Assembly: GCA_041666505.1 (NCBI GenBank)
Contig: JBAYGU010000001.1
Location: 477-64,476 of the forward strand
Source: Candidatus Buchananbacteria bacterium
Lineage (GTDB): Bacteria > Patescibacteriota > Patescibacteriia > 2-01-FULL-39-33
DNA length: 64,000 nt
Direction: 5' to 3'
Under the pieces are notes generated by a model, which was not told where the DNA came from, searched no databases, and saw only the letters and a list, made by a program, of their open reading frames with translations. Below, piece by piece: positions 1 to 10,500 of the stretch; the stretch's first letter is position 1; the number at the start of each line of letters is the position of its first letter. The translations under genes and the position numbers were made by a program.

Positions 1-276
1 TACATCAACGCTTTCCTGGCGAGCGTCATGGACGAGACTCTTCCCCAACCGAGGGACCAACATAACCACATCGACCGGTTTCTTGATCTTGCAGGCATCG
101 ATTGTGTCGACGGCCGCACGCGCAACCAACTTGGGCGCACACATCACCGTTCGACCGAGGCCGCCGAAGAAATTGGACACACCGTCGGCCACCTTGCCTT
201 GATCAGCGTAAGCGGTAAACGGCATGGCGACGGCGAACAACAGGGCGAATACGAGGACAAGACTGAACTTCTTCAT
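1..276 (-). CDS. Partial (window-truncated) small secreted protein with N-terminal signal peptide (MKKFSLVLVFALLFAVAMPFTA...)
   Basis: Minus-strand ORF starts at ATG 276-274 and is preceded by a strong SD (AAAGGAGACT). It stays open to the window edge and has a classic signal peptide. GC is about 58%, well above the window average. It is preferred over the plus-strand shadow ORF 28..282, which lacks an RBS. Confidence 0.4.
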   Translation of the reverse strand, partial: MKKFSLVLVFALLFAVAMPFTAYADQGKVADGVSNFFGGLGRTVMCAPKLVARAAVDTIDACKIKKPVDVVMLVPRLGKSLVHDARQESVDV

Positions 277-452
277 GAATAGTCTCCTTTTGAGGGCTGT
301 GGTTTAGGTAAATATACGTAAATCAATCAAAAATAGCTGAAATTATGAATTTTTTCACTTCATCTTACATCTCCTTCTGTTAACGTACACTAAGATCAAT
401 TGGAACTATGCGAGAGAATCTTATGTTATTTCACTAATTTTGTCAATACCCC

Positions 453-1355
453 CTACATTAAACCGAATTCCTTGATGTTTTCATCGCACATAGCCTGCCA
501 TTTGGCGATTTCCGCCTGGCCGGCATCATCCTTAAATAGATGTTTAAATCGTTTTTGAACCTTCAAAAAGTTCTCAATCGGCTCTTTTTTGTTGATTTTC
601 ATCTTATTTGTCAATTCGCCATTAACATACTCAATAATCGGGTAATAACCGGTCTGAACTGCCGATTTGGCGGCATTGGGCGTATCTTTCGGCTCAATGC
701 CCCAGCCAGGCACGCACGGCACGTAAATCTGGATGTATTTTGGCCCCTTCATCGTTAAAGCTTTAGTGATTTTAGCCACAACGTCATAAGGATAGCCGAT
801 CGAAGCCGTGGCGATATATGGAATATGATGCGCCAGAGCGATCTTGATCATGTCTTTCTTGCGCGTCGGATTGCCGAAGGATTTTTTGCCGGCCGGAGCA
901 GTCGTGGTGCTAGCATCCAGAGGCGTCGAGCCGCTAGTCTGATTGCCGGTATTCTCATAAGCCTCATTGTCATAACAGACATACAAGACATTATCGCCTC
1001 GTTCCCACAAGCCTGAAATATGGCCCAAGCCGATATCGAAAGTCGCGCCGTCGCCGCCGGCAGCAATAATATTTATGTTTTCATCTTTTTTCTGATTCTT
1101 CAGCGCGTAATATATTCCCGACGCTAAAGTCGAAGGATTCTCAAACAGCGAATGGATCCACGGAATTTTGAATGACGTCATCGGATATTGCGTCGTTGTC
1201 ACCTCGCTGCAACCGGTGGCATTAGCCATGATGGAATTCTTGCCGGCTGTATCGACTAACAATCGTGCCGCAATAATCATGCCACAACCGGCGCAAGCGC
1301 TATGGCCGGGATTCAATAAATGGGGTAGAGGAGATTTGTATTTTGTTTGTGGCAT
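453..1355 (-). CDS. porB: Pyruvate/2-oxoacid:ferredoxin oxidoreductase beta subunit (TPP-binding)
   Basis: GCGMIIAARL and GDGATFDIGLGHISG motifs are typical of the POR beta subunit. It is the last gene of a porG-D-A-B operon. Confidence 0.85.
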   Translation of the reverse strand: MPQTKYKSPLPHLLNPGHSACAGCGMIIAARLLVDTAGKNSIMANATGCSEVTTTQYPMTSFKIPWIHSLFENPSTLASGIYYALKNQKKDENINIIAAGGDGATFDIGLGHISGLWERGDNVLYVCYDNEAYENTGNQTSGSTPLDASTTTAPAGKKSFGNPTRKKDMIKIALAHHIPYIATASIGYPYDVVAKITKALTMKGPKYIQIYVPCVPGWGIEPKDTPNAAKSAVQTGYYPIIEYVNGELTNKMKINKKEPIENFLKVQKRFKHLFKDDAGQAEIAKWQAMCDENIKEFGLM

Positions 1356-1502
1356 ATTTACCCAGTTGAATAATTTAAATTTTTTTACAAAAATTTAAAT
1401 AAAATTTTATTAATATATTTTTACTGAAACAATTAATCCGATTTAATATTGTATTAGCATGAATAAATTTATCCTACTAAAATTTTTATTCAACCGGGAA
1501 AT

Positions 1503-2639
1503 TTACTTCCCAACAAATACTGTTTCCTCTTTGCTTTTCTTCGCCAGCGCGTAAACATTCTTGATCATGTCCTTAGTAATATCGCGGCCGCCCAAGCCCA
1601 TAATAAATCCAATTATCTTTGCTCTTGACTTGCCATAAAAAGCGCGGCGGATTTCTCCGGCAAAAATTCCTTCCTCGCCCAGAGATAAAGATTTATCGAT
1701 CACTGCGATATTTTTCTTCTTGCCGATCAATCTTATTATCTCGTCTGACGGGAACGGCCTGAGCGAAGTGATTTTAAGCACGCCGACTTTCTTGCCCGCC
1801 TCATTAAGCTCATCCGCCGCCTCTTTGATCGTGCCAAGGACAGAACCCATAGCCACGATTACAGTTGTCGCCTCAGGATCGCCGTAATATTCAGCCAAGG
1901 ATAATTTCCGGCTGAAGACTTTTTCGAATTCCAACATTTCCTCGGCAATGACCGCTTGGGATTTAACAATGTCCTCATGCAGCTCCTGCCGGATTTCCAT
2001 ATAATGCGCCGGCGTGGCGAATGAGCCAAAAGTCTTGGGATCGTTCACATCAAGAATTTCCTCAGGCTGCCACTCGGGCAGATATTTTCTTATCTGTTCG
2101 CGCTCGGGAACATCGACTGGCTCGACAGTATGAGTCAGAACGAAGCCGTCCATATTGACCATAACGGGAATCGATAACTTCTCAGCCACTTTATAAGCCA
2201 AAACATGCAGATCGCAGGTTTCCTGATTCGTCTCGCCGTATAGCATCAGCCAACCGGCATCGCGCATCACCACGGCATCCTGCTGATCATTCCAGATATT
2301 GATCGGTCCGGAAATGGCGCGATTGGCGTCAGTCATGACGATCGGCAGCCTCAAGCCGGCAATATTAAATATGACTTCCGTCATAAGCAATAAGCCTTGC
2401 GAAGACGTGGCGGTATATGTCCTAGAGCCGGCCGCTGACGCGCCGATCAGAAGAGATATGGCGGCGAATTCGCTTTCCGTCCGGACATATTCGTAATCTG
2501 CCTCGCCGTTAGCCTTGAACTTCGCCAAATCTTCCACGATATGTGTCTGCGGCGTTATGGGATAAGCCGACACCACGCCCGGCCCAATATTGTTTACTGT
2601 CTCAGCAACAGCTCTGCTGCCTTCTAGTATTTTTTTCAT
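1503..2639 (-). CDS. porA: Pyruvate:ferredoxin oxidoreductase alpha subunit
   Basis: N-terminus MKKILEGSRAVAETV...AYPITPQT is characteristic of PorA. It sits adjacent to the delta and beta subunits. Confidence 0.85.
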   Translation of the reverse strand: MKKILEGSRAVAETVNNIGPGVVSAYPITPQTHIVEDLAKFKANGEADYEYVRTESEFAAISLLIGASAAGSRTYTATSSQGLLLMTEVIFNIAGLRLPIVMTDANRAISGPINIWNDQQDAVVMRDAGWLMLYGETNQETCDLHVLAYKVAEKLSIPVMVNMDGFVLTHTVEPVDVPEREQIRKYLPEWQPEEILDVNDPKTFGSFATPAHYMEIRQELHEDIVKSQAVIAEEMLEFEKVFSRKLSLAEYYGDPEATTVIVAMGSVLGTIKEAADELNEAGKKVGVLKITSLRPFPSDEIIRLIGKKKNIAVIDKSLSLGEEGIFAGEIRRAFYGKSRAKIIGFIMGLGGRDITKDMIKNVYALAKKSKEETVFVGK

Positions 2640-2642
2640 ATT

Positions 2643-2918
2643 TTATTTGTTTTCTTCCTTCATCATAATCGCTTTAACAGGGCAGACTTCGGCACAGATG
2701 CCGCAGCCCTTGCAGTAATCCAGATCGGCCTCATAGATATTCTGATTCCTCGAATTTTTTTCCCCGGTATCGAAGCAAATGCCCTCAGGGCAGACCATGC
2801 CGCACAGCTTGCAGCCGATGCAGACTTCATGATCGAATTCAGGATAGCTTTCTTCGCGCCAATTGCCGGTTTGGACCTTGCTGGTCGTTCCCGGCTCGCA
2901 TGTTAATATGTTTTTCAT
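2643..2918 (-). CDS. porD: POR delta subunit, 2x[4Fe-4S] ferredoxin
   Basis: Two CxxCxxCxxxCP motifs (CIGCKLCGMVCP and CKGCGICAEVCP). Confidence 0.8.
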   Translation of the reverse strand: MKNILTCEPGTTSKVQTGNWREESYPEFDHEVCIGCKLCGMVCPEGICFDTGEKNSRNQNIYEADLDYCKGCGICAEVCPVKAIMMKEENK

Positions 2919-2921
2919 ACT

Positions 2922-3461
2922 CTAGTTATTACTCATTACTTCGAATCCGCGCTTGGCGGCAGCCACGTTCTTATCCGCGATATCGCCGGAAAATCGGTTG
3001 CGAATCGCTTTTTCCACCGCATCTAATTCTATCAATCCCGACATGGCGGCGAAAGCGCCCAGCAGCACAGTATTGATGATTGGCCGTCCAATCACTTCCC
3101 TAGCTATGCCGGTGGCATCCAGATCCCTGATTTTCACTCCTCGCGGCACAGTGCAGACATATTCTTTGCAGGAGTTCATCAGGATAGTTGCGGTTTTTTT
3201 TAAATCAGACAAAATAGCTCCGCCTTCCAAAAGCGATGTGTCTTGGACAATGGCATAATCAGGCGCGTAAACTTGGGCGCGCAAGCGAATTTCCTTGTCG
3301 TCTATCCTGACAAACGCCGTGACAGGCGCGCCACGACGCTCCACACCGAAATTCGGAAAGGCCTGAGCTGTCTTGCCGCCGTAATAAGCGGCTTCCGCCA
3401 AAAGTTCCGCCATCGTTACCGAGCCTTGGCCGCCGCGGCCATGAATTCTGATTTCTATCAT
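2922..3461 (-). CDS. porG: POR gamma subunit
   Basis: N-terminus MIEIRIHGRGGQGSVT is typical of the PorG/PorC family. It is the first gene of the operon. Confidence 0.8.
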   Translation of the reverse strand: MIEIRIHGRGGQGSVTMAELLAEAAYYGGKTAQAFPNFGVERRGAPVTAFVRIDDKEIRLRAQVYAPDYAIVQDTSLLEGGAILSDLKKTATILMNSCKEYVCTVPRGVKIRDLDATGIAREVIGRPIINTVLLGAFAAMSGLIELDAVEKAIRNRFSGDIADKNVAAAKRGFEVMSNN

Positions 3462-3491
3462 AAAATAGTTTTTAGTTTGTAGAAAATAGCG

Positions 3492-4370
3492 CTATTTATT
3501 CAGTTCTTTGAACTTAACAATAATCTGCTCCCAAGTCTCCTGCGTTACCGCGCCTTCAAGCTTCTTGCCATTGACGAAAAAAGTCGGCGTACCGCGCACT
3601 CCTAAGTCCAGAGCATCAGACATATCTTCCAGTAGTTGCGGCTTGTATTTTTCCTTATTGACGCAATCCTGCAGCTTATTCCAATTCAATCCGGACATCA
3701 GAGCGATCTGCTTGAAATCGTCCAGCTTGGAAATCTGCCCTTGCATGGGATATAAGCGGTCATGCAGCGGCCAGAATTTACCCTGCTCCAAGGCGCACAA
3801 GCCGGCTTCGGCGAACATCATGGAATTCTGGTCGATGACCGGATAATTGCGGAATATGAATAATACATCTTTCGCATATTTATTGGTGATAGCCCGGAAA
3901 ATCGGAAATTCCGCCAAACAAGTCGGGCATTGGAAGTCAGCAAACTCGACGATAACCAGACTTGATGAAGTATTGCCTAATTGCGGCCGGCCGGATTTTT
4001 CCGCCAGCTGGCGATTCTTGTCTTTTGATCCTGCAACATCAATTAGTGCTGTCGATGAAACTGAGGAATCAGCAGTCGAACTCGTTGAATTTATTTTCCC
4101 CGATAAGCCGCTTAACAGCTCATTTTCTATAATCGCTCCGGATGTTTCTTTTTGGGCTGTTTTAAGGAAGTTTTTTAATTCAGCATCGCGGTTAGATATT
4201 TCCGCATAAACCGCGCTGATAAATACGGCTGCAATGATAATAGCCAAAATAGCCAAAATAATCCAGAGCCAGCCAATCCGGCGCTTTTGAGCAATTTTCG
4301 ACGAGGCATACAGATTGCTTACCGGATCTGGAGAGGCAGAATGATTGAATTGTTGATTATTAAAATCCAT
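3492..4370 (-). CDS. DsbA-like thiol:disulfide oxidoreductase, membrane-anchored
   Basis: N-terminal TM helix and a thioredoxin-fold CPTC active site (FADFQCPTC). Confidence 0.7.
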   Translation of the reverse strand: MDFNNQQFNHSASPDPVSNLYASSKIAQKRRIGWLWIILAILAIIIAAVFISAVYAEISNRDAELKNFLKTAQKETSGAIIENELLSGLSGKINSTSSTADSSVSSTALIDVAGSKDKNRQLAEKSGRPQLGNTSSSLVIVEFADFQCPTCLAEFPIFRAITNKYAKDVLFIFRNYPVIDQNSMMFAEAGLCALEQGKFWPLHDRLYPMQGQISKLDDFKQIALMSGLNWNKLQDCVNKEKYKPQLLEDMSDALDLGVRGTPTFFVNGKKLEGAVTQETWEQIIVKFKELNK

Positions 4371-4501
4371 AATAATATCTGTATATTAACATAAATACGC
4401 TCAACTGACAAAAAATCGTTAAATCAGTATTATCGCCGAATTGCTTGCGTTATATCCGCCAAAGGAATAAAATTATACCATTAACGCATTAACGCAACTC
4501 T

Positions 4502-4735
4502 ATGCCAAACCCAGAAAAAATGTCTCCAGTGAAATTTCATGACCCATTAGATGAAGAAAGAGCGAAAAAAGCAAGAACTTATGAGGGCAGCAAAATCAAT
4601 GAAACAACGCCCGACGGCATCCCGGTTTATATTACGCCTAGGCCTGATAAAATGGACGAACAACTAAAGCAACGGAACCAGGAAGATTTCGAGTTGGCGG
4701 AAAAAAACAGGGAATATATTGCGAATGAAAAATAG
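4502..4735 (+). CDS. Small acidic hypothetical protein
   Basis: 77-aa ORF with no recognisable motifs, followed by a hairpin terminator. Confidence 0.3.
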   Translation: MPNPEKMSPVKFHDPLDEERAKKARTYEGSKINETTPDGIPVYITPRPDKMDEQLKQRNQEDFELAEKNREYIANEK

Positions 4736-4753
4736 CTAATAACGGCTCCAAAA

Positions 4754-4796
4754 AATCCTCTCGTCTGCCAGGCGGCTGATCAAGAGGATTTTTTTA
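4754..4796 (+). terminator. Rho-independent terminator (AATCCTCT...AGAGGATT + T-run)
   Basis: 8-bp perfect stem followed by TTTTTTT. The right arm overlaps the last codons of the convergent acyltransferase gene. Confidence 0.5.
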
Positions 4797-5979
4797 TTCT
4801 GAAAATTCTGTTTTCTATCAGCAGCGCCAAAAGATGGAACAGATAAGCGATCAGCAAGAGCAAGGGCAGATACAGCGCAGTCGCCAGCCAGGGCGGCAAG
4901 AAGCGATAAAAAATATCATAGCGGCTGACTAGCGGCCAATGCCACAGATAAATTTCGAAGGAATAAATGCCGACTAGCTCCAAAAAGTTGGATTTGGTCT
5001 TCTTGAAAATGAAAAAAAAGATGACGCAGAACATGGTGAAAAGCGCATAGCCCTGCTCGAGCAAAATCCCCTTGCCGACTCCCGAGTGATACGCCGTCTG
5101 CCAGGCCAATCCAGCCAAAATAATCAGGATTACCGCTCGCCAACCGGCAGAAAGAGAGCTAGCCGCATTAATTACTCTAGCAACCGGCTTAGAGCATATA
5201 TCCGCGCCCTTAACGAAGGCCGACAGCAGCCAACGATATGACAAACACTTGCCATTCCGTAAGCAAACCGCGCAAACCGCTTGCGGCGACACGATCAATG
5301 CGGCGAATACGACGCCAAGCGGAAATGCCAGAAAATGGGTCTTATATAATCCAATCATCTGCTCCGTAAGCGGCACATTAGGGATGAAGGGCAATAAACT
5401 CACGGCAGATACTGCCACAATCGACCAGCGCGGATGTTTCGGCTGGAAAACAAAAGGAAAGACGATATAATAAAATAGCAGCGGCGTCAAAAACCAAAGC
5501 GGTGAATTGATAGAAGCGAAGAGATCAGCCTTCGGGAAAAAACCTATGAAAGCAGACGCGATTTCTTGCCAGCCGTAGATGCGATTCAAAAATAATGCAT
5601 CAGAGATTAAAATAACAATGAGAAAAATCCAAAGGGGCAGAAATATCTTGATGACTCGCTTGAGATAAAATTCCAACGGCTTTTTCGGATGATAAATCGC
5701 TGAGGCCGCCAAGCCGTAACATGACAGAAACAAAAATAAATTTACCGCCACGCCGGCCCAAATGCCCAAAGGAAAAAGAAAATCAGTGCCCAGAAATTTG
5801 CCGTAAGTCAGATGCGCGAATAAAATTCCCAAAATCGCCAAGCCGCGCAGCTCATTGGACGTCTCCTTGCCCATAGGGCCGCTGTCGCTTTTTTTGCGAG
5901 TGAAAATAAAAACTGCCGCCAAAAAAATGACGGATAAAATAACAGTTTGCAGGCTCCAATAATTATCGAATAGCATCAT
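4780..5979 (-). CDS. Acyltransferase family 3 (OafA-like) integral membrane protein
   Basis: Multi-TM protein with an RGLAILGILFAHL motif, consistent with the AT3 family R..G.A...V..H signature. Confidence 0.6.
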   Translation of the reverse strand: MMLFDNYWSLQTVILSVIFLAAVFIFTRKKSDSGPMGKETSNELRGLAILGILFAHLTYGKFLGTDFLFPLGIWAGVAVNLFLFLSCYGLAASAIYHPKKPLEFYLKRVIKIFLPLWIFLIVILISDALFLNRIYGWQEIASAFIGFFPKADLFASINSPLWFLTPLLFYYIVFPFVFQPKHPRWSIVAVSAVSLLPFIPNVPLTEQMIGLYKTHFLAFPLGVVFAALIVSPQAVCAVCLRNGKCLSYRWLLSAFVKGADICSKPVARVINAASSLSAGWRAVILIILAGLAWQTAYHSGVGKGILLEQGYALFTMFCVIFFFIFKKTKSNFLELVGIYSFEIYLWHWPLVSRYDIFYRFLPPWLATALYLPLLLLIAYLFHLLALLIENRIFRIKKSS

Positions 5980-6694
5980 AAATCAAATTTGCCCATACGT
6001 CGTAACCTTTGCCCGAAGGATGAAAATCATCCGAGGCGTATAGCGCCTTATCGGCGCCAAATAAATTTTTTGTCGAATGAATATCGATGGGAGTGATGCC
6101 GAATTCTTTCGCAACTTCGCTCAAGACTTTGTTAAAATTATCAGTTTTATAATTAAAATACAGATTATACGGCGGCAGTAACAATGAATCCGTGCCCAGA
6201 TACGGCAGATTGATCAAGACTATTTTTGCCTTAGTCTTGTTTTTTAATTCGCTTAATATCAAAGTTAAATTCTTACGGTAGTTATCCAATGAGACAAAAT
6301 TATGCAGATCATTAATGCCGATAAGAAGCGTGACTAAATCCGGCTGAGCCTTGACCGCCTCGGCCAACTGATTATCGATGACGTCCTGCGACAAGGCGCC
6401 GGGAATGGCAAAATTCATCAGCTCTACTGAAGTCTGATTGCTCGACATCTTGCCCGCCACAATGGCCGGCCAGGACTGGCCAGTATTATCCGCGCCCGTT
6501 CCATAAGTCAGGCTGTCACCCAACGCGACGTATTTGATATTTTCCGCTTTTTTTTCTGTCGTCATAATGATTGCCTCAGGCTGCTTAAGCTGATCAAACT
6601 TGCTATAAACATGTGCGTAAGCGCGATTAAAATAAACGCCGATTAACACCGCCGTAATTGCCAAGGTTAAAATGATGGCTTTTTTCCTTTTCAT
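5963..6694 (-). CDS. SGNH/GDSL hydrolase, signal-anchored
   Basis: GDSLTYG block I and a DDFHPS catalytic block. It is adjacent to the AT3 gene, as in split OafA-type O-acyltransferases. Confidence 0.7.
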   Translation of the reverse strand: MKRKKAIILTLAITAVLIGVYFNRAYAHVYSKFDQLKQPEAIIMTTEKKAENIKYVALGDSLTYGTGADNTGQSWPAIVAGKMSSNQTSVELMNFAIPGALSQDVIDNQLAEAVKAQPDLVTLLIGINDLHNFVSLDNYRKNLTLILSELKNKTKAKIVLINLPYLGTDSLLLPPYNLYFNYKTDNFNKVLSEVAKEFGITPIDIHSTKNLFGADKALYASDDFHPSGKGYDVWANLIYDAIR

Positions 6695-6763
6695 GACTTA
6701 ATCTTAGCAAATATGCGGATAAATAAAAAGGCCTCCCAATAGAATTGAGAGGCACAGCTAAAA

Positions 6764-7381
6764 TCAAAGGTACTGGAAAAGTTCTTTTAAACTGGCAATG
6801 CTGCCCTCAGTATATGAACCAGATCGATTCAAATGGACCGCTTTCATGCCGGCATCTCTAGGCGGACCGACATCCTTAATGAATTGATCACCAGTCATCA
6901 ATATACACTGCGGTTCAAGGCCGAGCCGGCTGATCATAATCTGATAAATCCGCGGATCGGGCTTAACTAGTCCAACATCGCAAGAAAATACCATATACTC
7001 GAAATACTCGTCTAACTTAAAATTATATACTACCCGTTTATAAGGCGTGGCAAGATTGGATATCAAACCCAATCTTAAGCCCATGTCTTTCAGACCCTTC
7101 AAGACTCCTATGACTTCTGGAAATAGGATGGCATGATCGATATCAGTATCCAAATCATGCTTCAACTGTTCGCAATCGATTATGCAGCCTGGACGCAATT
7201 TTTCCGCCAAAGATTGAAAGCTTTCAAAATTCTGAGTCATGCTCAGCATCCTGGCTTCCTTCATTTCTGCCGGCGTCAATCCTAGCGTCGTAAACAACTG
7301 TCTGAAAGGCTTCCGCTCATTGGCAGAAAAACGGACCAACGTGCCATATAAGTCAAAAACTACAGCTTTTATCTCACCCAT
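6764..7381 (-). CDS. HAD-superfamily hydrolase
   Basis: N-terminal VVFDLYGTL (HAD motif I) and a downstream GD motif. Confidence 0.65.
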   Translation of the reverse strand: MGEIKAVVFDLYGTLVRFSANERKPFRQLFTTLGLTPAEMKEARMLSMTQNFESFQSLAEKLRPGCIIDCEQLKHDLDTDIDHAILFPEVIGVLKGLKDMGLRLGLISNLATPYKRVVYNFKLDEYFEYMVFSCDVGLVKPDPRIYQIMISRLGLEPQCILMTGDQFIKDVGPPRDAGMKAVHLNRSGSYTEGSIASLKELFQYL

Positions 7382-7470
7382 GTCATTTCTCCTTTTCTTT
7401 TTCCTTCAGTTTAATGAACGATTTTCAGTCTCCGTAGCTTATCACAAATAGATTATATATTCAAGGGTAC

Positions 7471-7508
7471 ACAAAAAAGCGACCCGTTCTGGCCGCTTCT
7501 TTTTTTTA
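7471..7508. terminator. Bidirectional hairpin terminator downstream of ileS
   Basis: AAGCGACC-cgttct-GGCCGCTT stem flanked by A-run and T-run. Confidence 0.45.
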
Positions 7509-10500
7509 AACTTTTACGATTTTTATCTTTACCTTCTCGCCGTTGATATTGACCGGCTTTTCATCGTTTTCCGCTTCAGCCACGCTATCGGCCAAAACCG
7601 ATTTAAGCAGCTCGGCGGATAATGCCGGATCAGCGAATACCTTACGAGCGATCTCACCGTCGCTATGCCAGCCGATCGTTATGCGGTCTTGGATCGTCAA
7701 CCCGGCATCCTTGCGCAAGCCGTTGATCGTCCTGACCAGTTCCCGCAGCACGCCTTCGGCTTTCAATTCCTCAGTCAATTCAGTATATAGCACGATACGT
7801 ATATTTTTTGAGAAAATAGTGTCTTTAATATTTTCACCACTCAAATTAATAGTATCATTAAATTCAAGGTGAATACTCCGTGGTTTTTCTGAAGATTTTA
7901 TTTCTAAATCTTTTTTAAATTCCACAACCTTAACATTTACTTCATCTGCAATAATTTTTGAATATATTTCATCCATAACCATGCCATAAACTTCAAGTTT
8001 ACTTAATGGCTGACGAATTTTAATCCCATTTTGGGCTCGCGAAGCCAATCCCAGCTCGACAATCTTCTTGACTTGCTCCATCTGCTCCAAAACATCAGTT
8101 CCAATTTTCCCCACTTTGGGCCACTTGGCTAGATGGACGGACTCCAATTCCCCACCAGCCCTCTTGTAAGCTTGCTCGGCGATAAACGGCGTAAATGGCG
8201 CCATGACTTTAGATAATTCCAAGATAGCGTGGCGGAAAGCTGCGATCGCCTGCTTCTTATCCGCTTCATCTTCACCCTTAAAACGATCACGGCTGCGCCT
8301 CAGCCACCAAGTCGAGAATTCATCGATGAATTCCTGGATCGGACGGACGGATCGCGGCAGATCATAAGCCTCCATCGACTTCGTCACCTCCGCGATTAAG
8401 GAATCCAATTTAGCCAGCAGCCACTGGTCCAGGACATTATCGAATTGGGAATTCTTCTCCCCCTTTACGAAAGGGGGAGCTAGAGGGGGTTTTGAAGTGT
8501 CTTCAGTCTTATATAGCTCGTAAAAACTGATAATATTATTGAGCAGCATCACGACTTTCTGCATCGCCTCCTTGACCCCGGCTTCGGAAAAATTCATGTT
8601 CTCGGCCTGCATGACGGGCGCCGATAATAAATAATACCTGAGTGCGTCAGCGCCGTATTTTTCCATGATGACTTCCGGCTCCGGATAGTTCTGCAATTTC
8701 TTCGCCATTTTTTTGCCGTCCTCGGCCAAAACGATGCCATTAACTATGACGTTGTCGAAGGCGCGGCTGCCCTTTATTGCCGAGGCGATCATATGCAGAT
8801 AATAGAACCAAGCGCGGGTCTGATCGACGCCCTCGGCGATGAATTTAGCCGGAAAACTGTGCTCAAATTCTTTCTTATTCTCGAAGGGGTAATGCTTCTG
8901 CGCATACGGCATCGAGCCGGAATCGAACCAGGTATCGAGCACATCGGGGATGCGCTTCATCTCTCCCTGGCACTTATGGCATTTGACCGTAACTTTATCG
9001 ATATGATGCTTATGCAAATCAGTGATTTTCTCGCCGCTGTCATGCTCCAATTCTGCGACAGAGCCATAGACCTTCATCTCGCCGCAGCCGCATTTCCAGA
9101 TCGGCATGACGCTCGCCCAGAATCTCTGGCGAGAAATTGACCAATCCCGCGCTCCCTCCAGCCATTTACCGAACCGGCCTTCCTTGATATGCTCTGGCGA
9201 CCAATTAATATCCTCGGCCAGCTTCATCGCCTTGTCTTTGACGTCCGTAACTTTGACGAACCAGGAAGACGTGGCGTAATTGATCAGCGGCGTGTCGCAG
9301 CGCCAGCAATGCGGATAGCTATGCTCGTATTTTTCCTTGGCGAACAGTAGCCCCTTGCCGGCCAGATATTTGATGATCATGACATCGGTTTTTTGCGTAT
9401 CTTCTGACGGCTTGACGTTCTCGCCGGCGAAGTCAGTTACTTCAGCGGTAAAATTGCCGCTCATGGTAACATTCTGGATGAAAGGCAAATTCCTTTCCTT
9501 GCCCAAGCGCATGTCATCTTCGCCAAAGGCCGGCGCGATATGTACCACGCCCGTACCATCCTCAGTAGTTACAAAATCTGCACTGACGATAGTATAAAGA
9601 TTGTCAATATTATTCAATTTTGCTTTAGCTTCAGCAGATTCATAATACGGAAATAATGGTCTGTATTTCTTTCCGACTAAAGATTGACCAGAAAATTCTT
9701 CAATAATTTTAAAGCCATATGGTTCTAATGCCATTAATCGATTATCTTTAATAAGAATAAATAAACGATCTTTTTTATCTGGTTCTTCGGTATCTAATTT
9801 AATTTTAAAATAAGTCTTTTCTGGATTAACAGCCAAAGCCACATTGGCCGGCAAAGTCCAAGGCGTGGTCGTCCAAGCCAAGACATAAGTGCCAGGTTCA
9901 TCAACTAATTCGAACTTGGCTGTCGCGCTCAGATCTTTGATATCGCGATAGCCTTCGCTGACTTCCTGCTGCGACAAAGTCGTCTCGCAGCGCGGGCAGA
10001 CATGCATTGATTTGTAGCCTTCATAAACCAAGTCCTTATCGTATAGTTCCTTGAACACCCACCAGACGGTTTCCATGTAATCCAGATCCATCGTCTTGTA
10101 TGGATTATCCATATCCGCCCAGCGGCCGAATCTGCCGATCGTAATTTTCCACTCCTCTGTATATTCCAAAACCTTACTGCGGCAAGCCTCATTGAATTTA
10201 TCCACGCCGTATTTGAGAATGTCCTTTTTCGATTTGAAGCCGAGCTGCTTCTCAATAATGTTCTCGATCGGCAAGCCGTGGCAATCCCAGCCCCAGCGGC
10301 GCGCGACATGGTAGCCCTTCATAGTCCAATAGCGTGGTACGACATCCTTCATGGCGCTGCCGACCAAGTGGCCATAATGCGGCGTGCCGGTGGCGAAAGG
10401 CGGACCGTCGTAAAAAGAATAAGCCGGACCGTTCTTGGTCTGCTCCAAAGACTGTTCAAAAATTTTGTTCGTTTTCCAAAATTCCTGGACTTCATGCTCA

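Noticed and set aside
28-282. Plus-strand 84-aa ORF at the window start
   Set aside because: The opposite strand carries an ORF with a strong SD and a classic signal peptide running off the window edge. The plus-strand ORF has no RBS and an odd composition, so it was treated as a shadow ORF.
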